From contig CAJINV010000002.1 in the NCBI GenBank assembly GCA_905178155.1, forward strand, positions 3,787,838-3,851,837: DNA of 64,000 nt. Reading direction: 5' to 3'. Made by a program: the position numbers and the translations under genes. Below, in pieces: positions 23,101 to 35,808 of this stretch (the first letter of the stretch is position 1; each line of letters begins with the position of its first letter). The notes under the pieces were generated by a model that was given only the letters and a program-made list of their open reading frames with translations, searched no databases and was not told where the DNA came from. This DNA is from Amoebophrya sp. A120 (taxonomy: Eukaryota > Protista > Dinoflagellata).

Positions 23101-24944
23101 CCAAAAACTGTGCGGGAATGCCGCGATTAACGGGATCGAAAACTTGCACGCGTTCAATTTCTATCAATTGCAAATATGTCTGTGTCTGGAAGGTCGCAAA
23201 ACTTGTCATGCAGGTTTTCCATGACGCATGAGGCCTGTCATACATGATCTAGCATGACGCATTCTGTGCGACCTCTATCATGCCTCGCCTGCATGAGAAA
23301 CTGCCTCTCAACTTGGTCAAAAGTGCGCAGCTTTTGGTATTCACGGCGCAACATCACAGATTTTTTAACTATCCAGAATTAGCATGACAAGTTCCTGCTT
23401 TCCAGACCCAGACATATTTGCAATGTATAATTTCGGTTTGTCGGATCGGGAAAATCCAAACAAGTTCCTGTACAACATCCCCGGGCCGGACATGCGGCGG
23501 CTGAACTACCACCAAATGTATGTGACCGATATGAAATGCAAAAATGTCTGGGTCTGGAAAAAATGCCAAGTTTGTCATGCATATTTTCCAAGACCCATGA
23601 GGTCTGGAATGCAGGGCCTAGCATGACAGATTCTGTGCGATCTCTCATGCCTATCCTGCGTGAGAAACTCACTCCCGACTTTTTCAAAACTGGACGACTT
23701 TTGGTAATCATGCAACACAGATTTTTGCATGCTTCAGATTTAGCATGACCAGTTGCATTCTTCCAGACCCAGACATTTTTGCACTTGATAACCGAGCACT
23801 TGCAGCGCAAGCATGAAGACGCCTTCCGCGCGCACCACATCCAGCCGAAGATCGAGCTCCAGGCCCTGGATGAGTTGTACTTTCGAAAAGAATGTTTGCC
23901 GGAGGTCAGTTTGTTGACCGAACACGCGTGGAGCGTTCCACCGCCGAGACACCGGACTACTACGCAAGGAGCAGGAGGGCAGGAGGAACACCTCCGCCGG
24001 CATCAAGCAACTACGAAACGGGATTTTTCCTCCTGTCCGAACCGAAAGCATTTGGAAAAATTGTACTACCCAGAGGATCTTCAAGGAAAGATAAATCCCG
24101 TAGTTCCCCACCCACCCTTCTCCTCCCTTCCCGAATCTGAGATATGGAATGCAAAAATGTCTGGGTCTGGAAGGATGCAAGACTTGTCGCGCAGGTTTTC
24201 CATGACCCGGGAGGTCTGGAATGCAGCGCCTAGCATGACAGATTCTGTGAGACCTCTAGCATGCCTTTCCTGCATGAGAAATTCTTGCTCAACTTGGTAA
24301 AGAAGGAGGGCTCCTGTTGGTAATCATGCAACACAGATTTTTTGCATGATTCAGGTTTAATAGCATCACAACTTGCCAGCTTCCAGACCCAGACATGTCT
24401 GCTGTGGATATGAGATCCCCTTCAACGACTTTTTCCGCATCAACCGGGTGGATCTGATGAAGGTCGATATCGAGGGGCAGTTCGAGGCCTACTTCTACTA
24501 TCCTATGTAAAAACGTCTCCACACCAGAGTTGTAATGCAAATCTGCATGCTGAAAATGTTTGCCATGCCGAGACCCATGAGAAGCAGTTTCTAGTCGTCT
24601 TTTGGGCTCTGTGATGCTAGAATCAGCATGATGTGCCAGATCTGTGATGCTGCTGAACAACCTAAACAGGATTACACTACGAGGGCAAGCCTGTCATGTG
24701 AAACAACCAAAGCTGGTGGATTTGTCTAGCAGATTTCCCAACCGGACTCTGGTGTGGGGACGTTTTTACTTAGGATATCTACGGGGCCTGGTTCACGCTG
24801 GAGTACTGGCGCCCGACTTTAGTCTTCGAAAACGACGATCCGAACGGGAACATACCGACCATACTGGAAAAAGATCTGTCCTACGAGTGCGTCCCCCTAC
24901 CGGCCACGCTGAACGACGATCTGGTGTGTGTGGTTATTCTGTAA
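8137..24944 (+). CDS. FkbM-family (Methyltransf_21-like) SAM-dependent methyltransferase with N-terminal hydrophobic anchor; 23 element-introns; start codon uncertain
   Basis: Spliced translation gives DYVISNSLRLFGTFVENEL, FVDVGA|NQGAYAIP, HVYAFEPFRTLYQKLCGNAAING, VDLMKVDIEG and GAWFTLEYWRPTLVFE, with stop TAA at 24942-24944. Elements at 8720-8880, 9188-9560, 9611-9863, 9996-10319, 10382-10536, 10584-10839, 10918-11179, 11242-11562, 11755-11964, 12037-12321, 12416-gap (copy 16921-about 17084), 17119-17397, 17690-20063, 20098-20350, 20682-21000, 21449-21721, 21791-22065, 22126-22451, 22882-23034, 23162-23429, 23530-23790, 24143-24410, 24499-24777. The span includes a duplicated block that is probably an assembly artefact. 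Confidence 0.85.
8754..17092 (+). repeat. Apparently identical direct duplication, 8754-12587 = 13346-17092, either side of an N-gap
   Basis: ORF translations are identical at offset 4505/4592. The only visible difference is an 87-nt repeat around the N at 9289. Confidence 0.9.
17745..19962 (-). mobile_element. Non-autonomous Helitron-like element nested in an introner, carrying a tandem array
   Basis: Inserted at GCATTACAAA^TCT with no duplication (compare related element 22882-23034). Minus strand begins TTACTATCTAAACTGCAGCAG and ends with hairpin GCACGGGGAC-TCT-GTCCCCGTGC then ...GACCTTG. Confidence 0.7.
17980..19560. repeat. GC-rich minisatellite, about 17 units of about 90-100 bp, each with a hairpin
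   Basis: Core CCTAGGCCATGACGCGGGGACCGAGTCCCCGCGCTGGCCTAGGGCTTTCGCCCCTT repeated head to tail. Confidence 0.92.
20098..20350. mobile_element. Introner family G
   Basis: TATAAC...GTTACAACCTCAAGCGTTAC ... TTGTAACGTTTGAGCAGGTCATA; repeat CACAA. A relative lies at 55127-55395 (repeat CAGTG/CGGTG). Confidence 0.85.
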
Positions 24945-25779
24945 TTTTTGTAAGGGGGATTTGTATAGTATTTGATATTCGGTAGTTGCTCTCTGTTGAA
25001 GAGGCTGTTTTACAGAGCTAAGGGAAGTTTTTCGAAAAAATTGGAATTGATCATGGAGGTGCAGGTGTGGTATGTCACTGCTAAGCACAAGCTTTTTCTA
25101 CATAGATAGATCGTGACGAGACGGGGCGGTCACGCACTTTTGATGCGGATAATTGAATAGATGATTTGAGTACTACCACCTTCATGGATTGACATTGACA
25201 AGCGCGACATGTTGAAGCAGTTCTTTCTCTCAACTGTGAGTGTGCGCTGTGAAAGCTCACTTTTCGTTTACTGCAAGCAGGAACAGGAAGCCGCCCCAGG
25301 AGGACTTCGTTTGGCAGACCTGTGTTTGATAATGACGGGTAGGGTGGTTCTGCGGAATTTGTAGGCCGCTCAGGGTTTTACTTTTTCCTCGCGCTGATCG
25401 CGCCAAAATGCTTTCTCCGCTGGTCCGCGAGCGACTTTCATAGAGAGTGGAGAAAACTCCGACTCAAATGTCAGTGGAGGCGTCGTGACACAGCAGCTGT
25501 GCTGTTGAGAGCGCAGGAGATGCGGGTGCTAAAGGGGTGCTTTTTGACCGAAAGCGGTTCTTGTCTGAGTCGCTTTTCTTTGCAGCAGATGAAAAGGGGA
25601 TGACCGCATGGTGAAAAATTTTGTGCAGCGCCACTCAGGCGGATTTTTGCAGTTACTATACTGGAGCTGCTGCTGCTCTACGTGGTGTTTCCTTCGGAGG
25701 TGCTCTATGGCTGATTCCGATCTTGTTGTGCTGCTCGAATTATTCGAGTACGAGTTGATTTCACTACACTAGGGCGTGT

Positions 25780-28700
25780 ATGTTTGCCAAGATGTCTTTT
25801 GTCGTCTCGTCGTTCTTTTGCCATATGTTAAAAGGCCTGTTGCTCTTGGTGATGTGCTGTCATCCCACTCGTGCTCGCTGTGCCACGATTCGTTCAGCGT
25901 TTCTTCTTTTCCCGGTCGGCGCTGCGTTACAGCACGCGTCCTCAGCACCGATGGAGCTCCTGCCCGAGTCAGCGCCGCAACATCCTTCGCAGCAGATGAA
26001 ACCGAGCCTGCGTCGGGAGGTGTCCTCCGAGATCGTATCCAGTGCCGCGGAGGTTTTGTTTACCGATGCAGATCATGACCAGCACGCTGGGACGGGGGAT
26101 CATGTCGGCGATTTATCACGCGGGGATGAGGGCACTGGACGTACTACAATATCCGGCCCGGCAACTACACGAGGCCGAGAAGGAGCGACAGCGGTCGCGG
26201 CAACAGACTCGCATGAGGTGGATGCTTCGAATCAGGATCCACAAGGTGCTGATGCTGCAGCTCCTACACTTAGAAAACCACCACACGACGACGACGCTCA
26301 CCAACGGCGCTCTACTCCTGCGCAAAGGCAGCAGCAACAGCAGCAGCTTTTGCGCGGGGAGAAAACTCCAGCTCATCGAGTAGACGCTGCGACTTCCTCT
26401 ACACAAGATCCAGAAACGACCCGCCCGCAGAGTAGGTTACGACCAGAAGCAGAAGACGGCGCAAGAAAAATAAATCGCGGATACAGAGAGATAAAGGAAG
26501 AGCGGAAAAATGAAGCGAGAAAGGTACTTCACGGGGAAGAAACCACACAAACCGTAGAAGTTTCGGCAAGCGCAGCCGCAGGTTCGAGGAGAACAGCCAG
26601 GTTTATTTCAGCGGAGGAAGAACTGCAGGAGCAGCACGAGATAAAAAGTAGAATATCTGAAGCCGAAGCGGAACCCGAAGACGATATAACGCCTGCAGCC
26701 GGGTCCTCAAATGCAGCGACTGCGTCCAGTGAGAAAGAAGCGAGTATGGTGGCTGGAAACGTGTTGGATAGCGATAAAACAACGGAAATGGCCACAGGTT
26801 TGATGTTCTGACGTGCACAACGTGGATAAGCATCTTGTGTTTCATCTGTGAAGTTGCTTTTGCATCTTGATCTTTAATAGTACCGCAAGCGAAGTACATA
26901 GTGGTGCTTGGCGCCGGCGTCTTGGCAACATTTATTTCGAGGATCATTTTCACGTATCAAGGTATCTTTCGCACCACCACTGCCGGTGAATACGGGCAGA
27001 CGTGTCCCTGGCTCCAGATTGACCTCGGAGCGAACGGAACCTCGGCGTCCATTTCCCGGGTCGAACTAACCGCAGCCACGAGCCCGATGAAGTTGCGCTG
27101 GACGTTTTTCTCGCACGACGAAGCCAGTTTTTACTCGGACGGACGGCTGAAGGGCAACGCCGCCGCTTGGGACAGCAGCAACAGTCAAAATCCGGAGGCG
27201 GACAGTGCGCGAGACCAGGGGATCAGGATTTCGGTTGCGAAGACGGCGCGGGACCGAAGTGCCACGTGTGCGGTCCAAGCGGGCGTCTGTCAAGGCACTT
27301 CCGCGGGGGACGCCTGTCCCGCAATCACGGCGACAAACAGCTACGACGGCACGACGAACGGGCAGGCGGACGCGGAAAGTCCCGATATGCACGAGTGCGA
27401 GACGATCAAGTACACCAATTCGATAAGCGGGGACGGTCCATATCCTATGTAAAAACATCCCCACCCCATAGTTGTCATGCAGATTTGCAGTCACAGGAAG
27501 ATTTGTAAGGCGCATCCCAATGAGAGCGAGGCATTTCCAGTCATGTTTTGGACTTTGTAATGCCATAAACAGGATGAGTGTAGACGGCTTTGCGATGCGG
27601 CTGCACTTGCTAAACTGCACTACAATACAGAGAGGAACTTGTCATGCGTGACTCCCAAAACTTCTCGACTTGTGTTGCGAGATCCCCATCTTGACTGTGG
27701 TATGTAGTGAGGTCACCGAACGGTTCTAACCGGGGAGTTTTTTTGCCACCTACCGTGAAAAACGACCGGCAGTTTTCAAGCGGCCGGAAGGCTTTTTTGA
27801 CATAAAAAATTTCCAATTATCAAGCGGCCGGGGCTTTGATAGCAAACAAGCCCGGTCGAAAACTATCGATTCGCACTGGATAAAACGACGCAGGGAAGCC
27901 GGCAAAAGGGGCGCCCTTCTGAGGCGCCCACCGCCTTGGTTTCTGGCGATTTGGGGCGCCCAAAAAGGGGCGCGCAAAAAACGCGCCCAAAATCAGAACA
28001 GCGAAACAGCATGGCACGGCCGCGATTTCGGAGCATCTTGGGCGGCCGCGAAAGCGGCCGCCTTTTCGCCGGTTTTAGAGCCTGGGAAGCTTTGCAAAAA
28101 GCGCCGGCGTGAAAAATAAAAACGCGAAAAATAAAAAACGCCTCAGACGCGCAAAGCCAATCCGCATGCTATGGGCCCGGTTTTTCTTCGCTTTTTGGGC
28201 GCCCCCCGTGGCACCCGGATCGGCCCCATAGCATCGGGGCTGGCTTTCGGAAAGGAATTTGGGAAATGTGCCAAAATTTGTGATGTTTCCCAAGTGGCCG
28301 CCATACCGTGCGGCATAACGTTACTCACGGCGGTATGGCGAGCCCAGAAAAAACAAAGGCGCGGCCAAGGCGGCGGTCGGCAAAAAAACGCCCACGACCT
28401 CACTACCCCCGCCCCGGCGGCTATATTTGGTATGGGGACGTTTTTACTTAGGATAGCCCAGACCGCTTCGTCGCAGATACCGGCAGTGCCTTTGGCACCG
28501 CATCCGTCACCTGTCGAAACGTATCCACTGCAAATACGTCTGGGCCTGGAAGGATGCAAGGTTTGTCGTGCTTGTCTAGCATGACTGAAGAACTTGTGAC
28601 GCGTGTCCAAGTTAGAAGAGACCCTGTGCTTTCTTGTCATGCAAAGACGCAGCTTGTCATGCGGAAGCTGCCAGATTAAGCAGCGCAGATACACCTTCTC

Positions 28701-31700
28701 ATGCTTGGCTGTGCATTTTTACAGGGCATTCACTAGCACTCCCAACCCAGCATTACAAGTTTCCAGACCCAGACATCTACTTTGCAATGCATAAAACGCA
28801 ACCACAGACCACTTGTCCGGCTACCGCTACGTCGTAGTCGACCTTCCGGGACAGACAGACGCCAGCTATCCGAGGTTTCTGTCCGTCAGTATGGTGAAGG
28901 TTTTTGGCTCGAGTGGCGCAGAGGCAGGAACGACAGGTGCAAAGGTAGTCGCGAGTACCACCACGACCCCGCCCTTCGCCTCCGCCTGCCACGGCTGCTA
29001 TGAAATGCAAATATGTCCTCTGGGTCGGGAAGATTCTGAGATTTGTCATGCAGTTTTTCCAAGCTCCGCCGAGTCTGGAATGCAGAGCCTAGCACCACAG
29101 GATCTGCAGCCCCTTTGAGATGCCTGCTCTGCATGAGAAATGCCCTCCCAGCATGACCAGAAATGAGCACGACCTTTTGCAAGTCACGCAACACAGATTT
29201 TTGTACGATCCGCAACATGCATCACAAGTTCGCATCCTTCTAGACATCCAAGCATATTTGCAATGCATAGCTGCGGAGCGCGGACGAAAGAGTGCTGGAG
29301 CCAGTGCGGGAAATCGTCCAGCGCCGCCAAGTATTCTGTGCAAAAGTATCGTACTCGTATTGCAATCATGCATTACAAATCTTTTTCCTAAGGTAAATCA
29401 GCATTACAGATTTTCTTTCCCATGGTGAGGAGATTTGTAATGCATTTATACGAGTGCGATACTTTTGCAGTTCATAACAAGGAGTGGTGCGCAGCCTGCG
29501 CTACAGAGCCGAGCGAGAGTAACCGCAAGGGGAATTGCTGTTCGTTCGACAAAGCGACCGGGAAGGTGAAACCGGGCCAGGTCGAGGGCTGTATGGTGAT
29601 GAACCAAGATCTATGAACTGCAAATATCCCTGGATGTCTGGAATCTTGTGATGCAAGGAAGGGAATAATGAAAACACTGTAATGCGCTGCCCCGCATGAC
29701 AAGTTTTGCCGTGGTCTTGAGTTGCGTACTCCGCATGAGACGATGTTTTTTTTTTTTGCATGACAGGCACGACGAGGAGCTCTTCGCGGCCACGCAATAC
29801 AGAGTTCAGAGGCATGCCAGACTAGCATGACATATCTCGCATCAATCTTCCAGACCCAGAAATATTTGCAGTTGATAAGACCCCAATCCCGAGCGGTTTT
29901 TCACATCCGACTACTTGACGCATTCTCAGCAGAGCAGTTACGGTTATCGTAAGGGAAAATCCTTCCTCCCCATATCGAGAACGAAATATGTGATGCTGTA
30001 TTTGAGTACACAAGTCGACTTGTATTGCTAGAAGGCCAAGAGCCGCAGTTGTGGCCTCGTTTGCAGGCAATTTGTCATGCTGTTTCCCCCTTCCAGCTGC
30101 CTCCTGTCATGCTGAAGATGCAAGGCTTTCCCACGCCACCCAGCGCTACAGTCCGCATCTTTTCCCTTGTAGCATGACAAAATGATTTGTGTACACAAAT
30201 CCCGCACCACAGACTTCCATTTCGATATGGGGAGGGGGGATTTTTCATTTTGATGTCGGTGCCTGCGTGGTGTTCCCGTTTCCGCAGCCGGACGATCTGA
30301 TATCAAGAAGAAAAATCCCCCCTCCACGTATGAAAACGGAAATCTGTGATGCAGATTTGTGGTCACAGATCAGCTTTGTCATGCTAGAAGGAAAGGCATG
30401 CGGAGTGTAGTACTGGCTGGCGTGGGAAAGCCTTGCGCCTTCGGCATGACAGAGAGCAACTGGAAGTGGGAAACAGCTTGACAAATTGCCTACAAACGAG
30501 GCCACCTGCGGCTCTTGGCCTTCTAGCATTACAAGTCGACTTGTGTACTCAAATACAGCATCACAAATTTCGTTTTCGATATGGGGAGGGGGGTTTTTTC
30601 CTTTTGATATCTGATCCGCCCGGACGACACCTGCTTTTCGCCAAATAACGGTTGGTATGAGACGATTGCGCAACCCCACCCTCCCTCTCATTTGTCATGC
30701 AAAACCCGAAGTCTAGTGCTTGCTTTGTGGTATTTTTCGCATGACAAAATTTTTCCGCAATCCCAAGCAGTACTATGGTCGGCGCATGAACTTGTCATGC
30801 ACAGGCTCCACAAGTGCTGGTGTTTGTATTGCTGTCCATGCCATACAAGTACAACAAATGAGGGAGGGTTGTGGTCTCTCATAGATGGAGCAGTCTGGAC
30901 ACGAAGAGTTGCGAGTGCTGGCACACGTGCGGGGAAAAGTATGCAAGAAAAAAACTGTGTAAGTGTAAATCTGTGATGCAGAAGATGCAAAACAGTTACA
31001 CTTGTCATGCTGGAAGTGCGTCATAGGCTACTATCATACGTGTTTGCACGTACGTAGCTGCGCGTGACAGGTTTTCCCTGTAATGCAAAACAAACTTGTT
31101 ATGCTGCTCTTCCTACAAAGTTACACTTACACAGTTTTTTTCCTGGATAAAAAGAGCGGGAAGTGCAGTAAGTGCACCCCCGGGTCGCCGACCTCGGAGC
31201 ATTACGAGGTATGCATTGCAAATATGTCTGGGTCTGGAAAAATGTCAGGTTTGTCATGCTCTGCTAGCATGACTGTCAAGTCTGTCATGCAAGGTACTCA
31301 AAGCCGCCACTTTTGTGTCATGCAAAAACCTAGTTTCTCTTTCTCATGCAGAATAGGCAACACCTAGCAACTCAAAAACCTGTCATGCTGAGCGGTCATT
31401 TCTGGCGTTCTCTTGCTTCGCCAACCAGCATCACAAGTTTCCAGACCGAGAGGTATTTGCATTTGATACGAAGGTGCCTGCTGCAAGAAGGACGACGCAG
31501 CGAATGCAGCAGAGTGTGTATTACAATGAAAAATGCCCCCACCGCCCCCGAACTTGGCAGCATTTGTATTGCAAACCTTTCCAATGGAAACATTCCCCGT
31601 CTTGCATATCTCAGCATCACAAATTTTCCTTGCTGAAAAGCTCAAATTTGTGTTGCGAAGGAGCCCAACAGCAGTCGGATCTGTTATGCACAAGACACCT

Positions 31701-34211
31701 TGATGTGCACCTAGATTCTGCATTAGAAAGGCTCGCAGTCCTTTCATGCAAGACAAAAAGCTTTCACTTGGAAAAATTTGCATTACAAACTTCTGCAAAT
31801 TCCGGGGTGGGGGCATTTTTCACTGTAATAGTGTGCGCACACGGTGGCGTATCCGGTGGCAGATCTGACCAACGTGACGAGCTTTTGGTACCACGAGTGC
31901 GTGCTGCTCTCTACGAGCACGACGAGCACTACCAGCACGACTAGCACTTCCACGACCGGCACCATTGCACCGCAAGTGCGCGCGTTCGAGATGGGGATAC
32001 AGACGAGCAACGAAAATGGTTCGGATTTGGACGTATCAAATGCAAATATGTATGGGTCTGGAAAGTTGCAACTTGTAATGCTGGTCTTGCATTCCTGTGA
32101 AATCTGTGTTGCATGACCAACACAAGTGGCAGCCTCGCACGTCATACAAAAACGCAAGTTCTCATGCGGAGTTCGTATGATAAAGCGTTGCGCAGACTTG
32201 TCATGCTTTCCTGCATGAGGAAGTGTTTTCATCATGCACATTTTATCGTCACAAATTTCCAGACCCAGACATATTTGCAATGCATAGGACGCTATCACGA
32301 GCGACGCGCATTTCAAAGCCGCAATTGCAAAGGGCTTGGCGGGCTGGTTTGCCGCGGGCGGGGGCCAGGACGCGAGCAGCTTCGAAACCACGGAATTTCA
32401 GGACAGTTTGACGATAACGAAGAAAACATTTTCATCAAGTGCCGCAGCAGCAGCGTCGACGCTCCTGGACGGGGGCATGATGAAACACAACCATTCCGCC
32501 GGTGAAGATCTTCGCGCTACTAGTTTTCTGGAAGAAGTAGAAGTAGAACAGCGACTGCTGGACGACCACAACGAGAGCAGTGAGAGCAAAGTACTGCCTT
32601 CGAAAAGAACCGCCAATCGTCAACTACATGCAAGTATCGAATGCAAATATCCACCCTGGACGTCGTCTGGAAGGATGCAAGGTTTGTCATGCACATTTTG
32701 CATGACTCCTGACGTCTGTGATGCATGCCCTAGCATCACATTTGTGGAGGCTTCCTGATGCCTATTTACCGTATGAGAAATGCCGTCTCGCCGTGGCAAA
32801 AACGGGACCGCTTTTGCTGTTCATGCAGTACAGATTCTTGTAGTATCCAGATGCAGCATCACAAGTTACGTCCTGCCAGACCCAGACATATTTGCAATGC
32901 ATAGCAAGTAAAGAAAAACAACACCTTGTCCGCAGGTCGACATCATCGGTGCCAGCTCCTGCTTTCGGAAATAGTAAACTGCGAATGGTTGACCTGCAAC
33001 AGAAAACAGCTTTATCCAAAGCGGCGAGGCGGAAAAAAAGCGGTGCAGGTGTGGTCCTCGATATTTCCTTCACAGTCTATCCAACTTCCTTAACCGAGGC
33101 GGCGGCATTGAACAGCGCGTGGCCGTCCGCGCCCGTTGGCGGTGCGCCACCGGCGGTTATGACGGAGGGCAACATGAACGGCGGCGCGGCTGCCTTCGAC
33201 TCGCTGGTGTCCAATTTGAGCACTGAAATCACGAGTAGCTACGATGCCGCGCTCAGTGCGAGCACGGCAACGGACGTTACTAGCGGTATTTCTTCTATGG
33301 GGGTGTCAGGATCGAAATCGACAAAATCGAAAAATTTGCAATGCATAAAATGTAGGGCACGCAATGCCTGTGTTGGGGAGCAGGCAAATGAGACCGATTG
33401 CGAGCCTGTTTAGGGGAGGGCGATGCGCTGCCAGAGTAGCATGACAGGAGCAGTGTTCTTTGCCCAAACAGCATGACAGACTGGAATTTGGTGCTCCCGA
33501 AATTTGCCATGCGCCACTTGGAAACTGAGGCTCCAACCGGTATCGATTTTATGCATCACAAATTATTTCGATTTTGTTGATTTCGATCCTGACAGTTCCA
33601 TATCTTCTCAAGACGCGGCCGCGGTGGGAGCCAGTACTGAAACCCAAGGTGGCGCAACGTCGAGTAGTAGTGCTGGTGCGGTCGATGCTGGTGAAGATGA
33701 GAAAGCTGGCGCAAACAATGCCACTTCTGCGGGAGACGAGACAAACGCAGCGAAGGGAATTTCCATGGTGACCCTGCTCTACCTCGCTATCGGCTTCGTG
33801 GTTTTCATCATTGTTACGGGCGTCGCCCTCGCTTTGTTCTCCGGCGAAGATGCCTCAGCCGAAGTAGCGGCTGCGGGCCCAACGGTTGGAGCTGCTCCTG
33901 GTGCACGACCAAGCGCCTCAGGTCGTCCGCCGCTCGGGAGTACTAGTGCAGCGAAAGCAAAGCAAAAGAGTACAACTCCGGTAGCAGAAGTAAAACAAAC
34001 AGAACTGGCGCCGGATCAACATTCACCTGCGGATCAAGGAGAAACTCCCGAGGGGGCTGCTACAGGTACTCCTGCAGAGGCGGATGGTGCAGCTGCTCCT
34101 GGAACAGTAGGAACTACTCCTAGCGGCGAAGGACAAGAGAACGGAGCTGCGGGAGGACAAGAGACTGGAACAGTTGTAGAGGCTGGAGCTGCGGAAGGAC
34201 AGGAACAGTAG
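25780..34211 (+). CDS. Type I membrane surface protein: hydrophobic N-terminus, F5/8-type-C/fucolectin-like region, two Cys-rich modules, Thr/Ser linker, SEA-like segment, C-terminal TM helix
   Basis: Motifs CPWLQIDLG and GYRYVVVDL...LSVSMVKVFG; CWSQCG..WCAAC..GNCC and CWHTCG..KCSKC..GACC..HECV; TM LLYLAIGFVVFIIVTGVALALF; stop at 34211. One GT-AG intron (26798-26961) plus 14 elements: 27441-28455, 28522-28793, 28999-29269, 29332-29476, 29612-29877, 29945-30255, 30301-30609, 30656-30883, 30940-31149, 31210-31468, 31519-31830, 32034-32286, 32635-32903, 33296-33602. The frame is restored at each junction. Domain names are by motif recognition only. Confidence 0.8.
26798..26961 (+). other. Predicted canonical GT-AG intron without TIRs
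   Basis: ACAG|GTTTGA ... TATCAAG|GTATC joins ORF 25780 to ORF 26901 in frame (MAT-G-IFRT). Confidence 0.6.
27705..28427 (+). mobile_element. About 0.72-kb insertion with asymmetric inverted repeats (Helentron/DINE-like layout) nested in the right TIR of a family B introner
   Basis: GTAGTGAGGTC (27704-27714) and GACCTCACTAC (28396-28406), followed by hairpin CCGCC-CC-GGCGG. TGGTATG occurs on both sides. Confidence 0.6.
31519..31830. mobile_element. Introner family H
   Basis: TATTACAATGAAAAATGCCCCCACC ... GGTGGGGGCATTTTTCACTGTAATA; repeat GTGTG. A close relative lies at 44965-45281 (repeat CGACC). Confidence 0.9.
33296..33602. mobile_element. Introner family F (about 305 bp)
   Basis: TATGG...TGTCAGGATCGAAATCGACAAAATCGAAAA ... 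TTTTCGATTTTGTTGATTTCGATCCTGACAGTTCCATA; repeat TCTTC. Relatives at 43751, 51367, 59822 and 61528. Confidence 0.9.
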
Positions 34212-34842
34212 GGTGCCCGAAGGACAAGAGACTGGAGGTGCGGAAACAGAGAAAAAAACAGACGCGGAGCCACTTCAGGAGACGCAAGATAGTGCAGCGA
34301 CTACCTCGTAGAACAATGGTGCCAGGAGCATAATTCAATAAAGCACGAATGCGTCGTGGTCATTATTTGGAAATCCGAGCTGGTTCATTTTGTTGTTACT
34401 TCATCTCTACTTAGGCCCCACGACGAGGCGGCATTGATGCTGCTACAGCAGGAATCGAAAGGGCCGAGATTTTGGCCGGGGCGCTCATCAAATATAACAA
34501 GTGGCACCACCCCCACGCGTTCTTTGTTGTGGTCCGCTTGGCAACATCCGTGCACAGGCCGCTCCTTCGGGATGATCCGTTTTTTTTCTTGATAGTAGAG
34601 AGAAGCTCGCTGTAGAGGTTTCCTCCTCCCCCTGTACGCAAGTAGAGGAGGGGCGGGAGAAATTCTAGTCAACACCGTAACTTCCTTCCACCTCCAAGTC
34701 GTTTGCGTAGAACAGCCTTCAGCTCACTTTTACTGAAGTAAGACCTCCACAGCGCACCAGTGCAGATTCGATTTCTGTAACTACGTATTCTAACTCAGCA
34801 GTACACTACTTGCTGCTCTCCGCTTTTATTCTTTGCAAAAAA

Positions 34843-35808
34843 ATGGTTCGCGCTTCCAGCCTGGTTCTCGTGCTGCAGGCTTTTATGAAATGCAAAAATG
34901 TCTGCGTCTGGAAGAATCCGAAATTTGTTATGCTGTTTTTGCATGACACAGAATGTCTGTCATGGAAGCCCTAGCATCACAGATTTTCAGAGGCCTCCCT
35001 GATGCCTATTCCGCATGACAAATGCCCTCCACCACGCGTAGCACAAACCGGACTCCTCTTGCTGGTCATGCAAGACAAAATTTTTTAGAGTCCAAAGTTA
35101 GCATCACAAGTTCCAACCTTCCAGACCCAGACATTTTTGCAATCCATGGCTTTGTCTCTGCAACAAGAAGTGCAGAATGTGTTCGGACTGCGTTTGCAGG
35201 CACGTGCACGTGCTCGCTCGGCTTCCCCGACCTACGGTCGCCGCCTGCCGCTCCTGAACACACGCGACGATCATGCCCGACCGTCGCGTTCCGGAACCCC
35301 TCCGGCCGCCGGGGCAGTAGCCACTCACAATGCTGCCCCCGCCGGTCCGTCTGCGGTTCTAGTAGGTCCGCAATCCTGCTTGAAGGGTGCTGCTCGTACT
35401 CCGGCCCGCGCCATTCCCCATGAGCCCCGCCGCGTGTGTTTGCCCCCGCCTGGAGCGAAACCTGAAGTGAGAGAGGTTGACATAGCGGTGACAGGGAGGT
35501 TCGTAACGGCAGACCCAAATTGGGAAGAATTGGAAGACGTCGAAGGAAGTTGTCCCGACCCAGATTCATCTTTCGCCTCTCTGCATAACGATTTGAACGT
35601 GGCAGCAACAAATGCAGCAACAAATGCTTCTCGGGCTCAGACTCGGGCGGAGATTCTGGCTCAGACAACTGCGGCTCAGGCTCCGGAGCAGATTTCGATG
35701 GGGCAACGCTGTTCGAGGCGCTGCAGTTCTCGGTGCTCTGCGTGCCGCCATTCTCGGTGCGGTGCGTGCTTAGGATCGGGGTCTACCGCAATTGCCGCTT
35801 ACGGATAG
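34843..35808 (+). CDS. Small putative secreted protein, paralogue A (one element-intron at 34884-35148)
   Basis: Spliced N-terminus MVRASSLVLVLQA|LSLQQEVQNVFGLRLQ nearly matches the intronless paralogue at 38611. Both share a Cys/Arg-rich C-terminus ending AYG. Confidence 0.75.
34884..35148. mobile_element. Family A introner absent from the paralogous gene
   Basis: Repeat GCTTT on both sides. The paralogue reads CAGGCTCTGTCTCTG uninterrupted at about 38644-38658. Confidence 0.92.
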
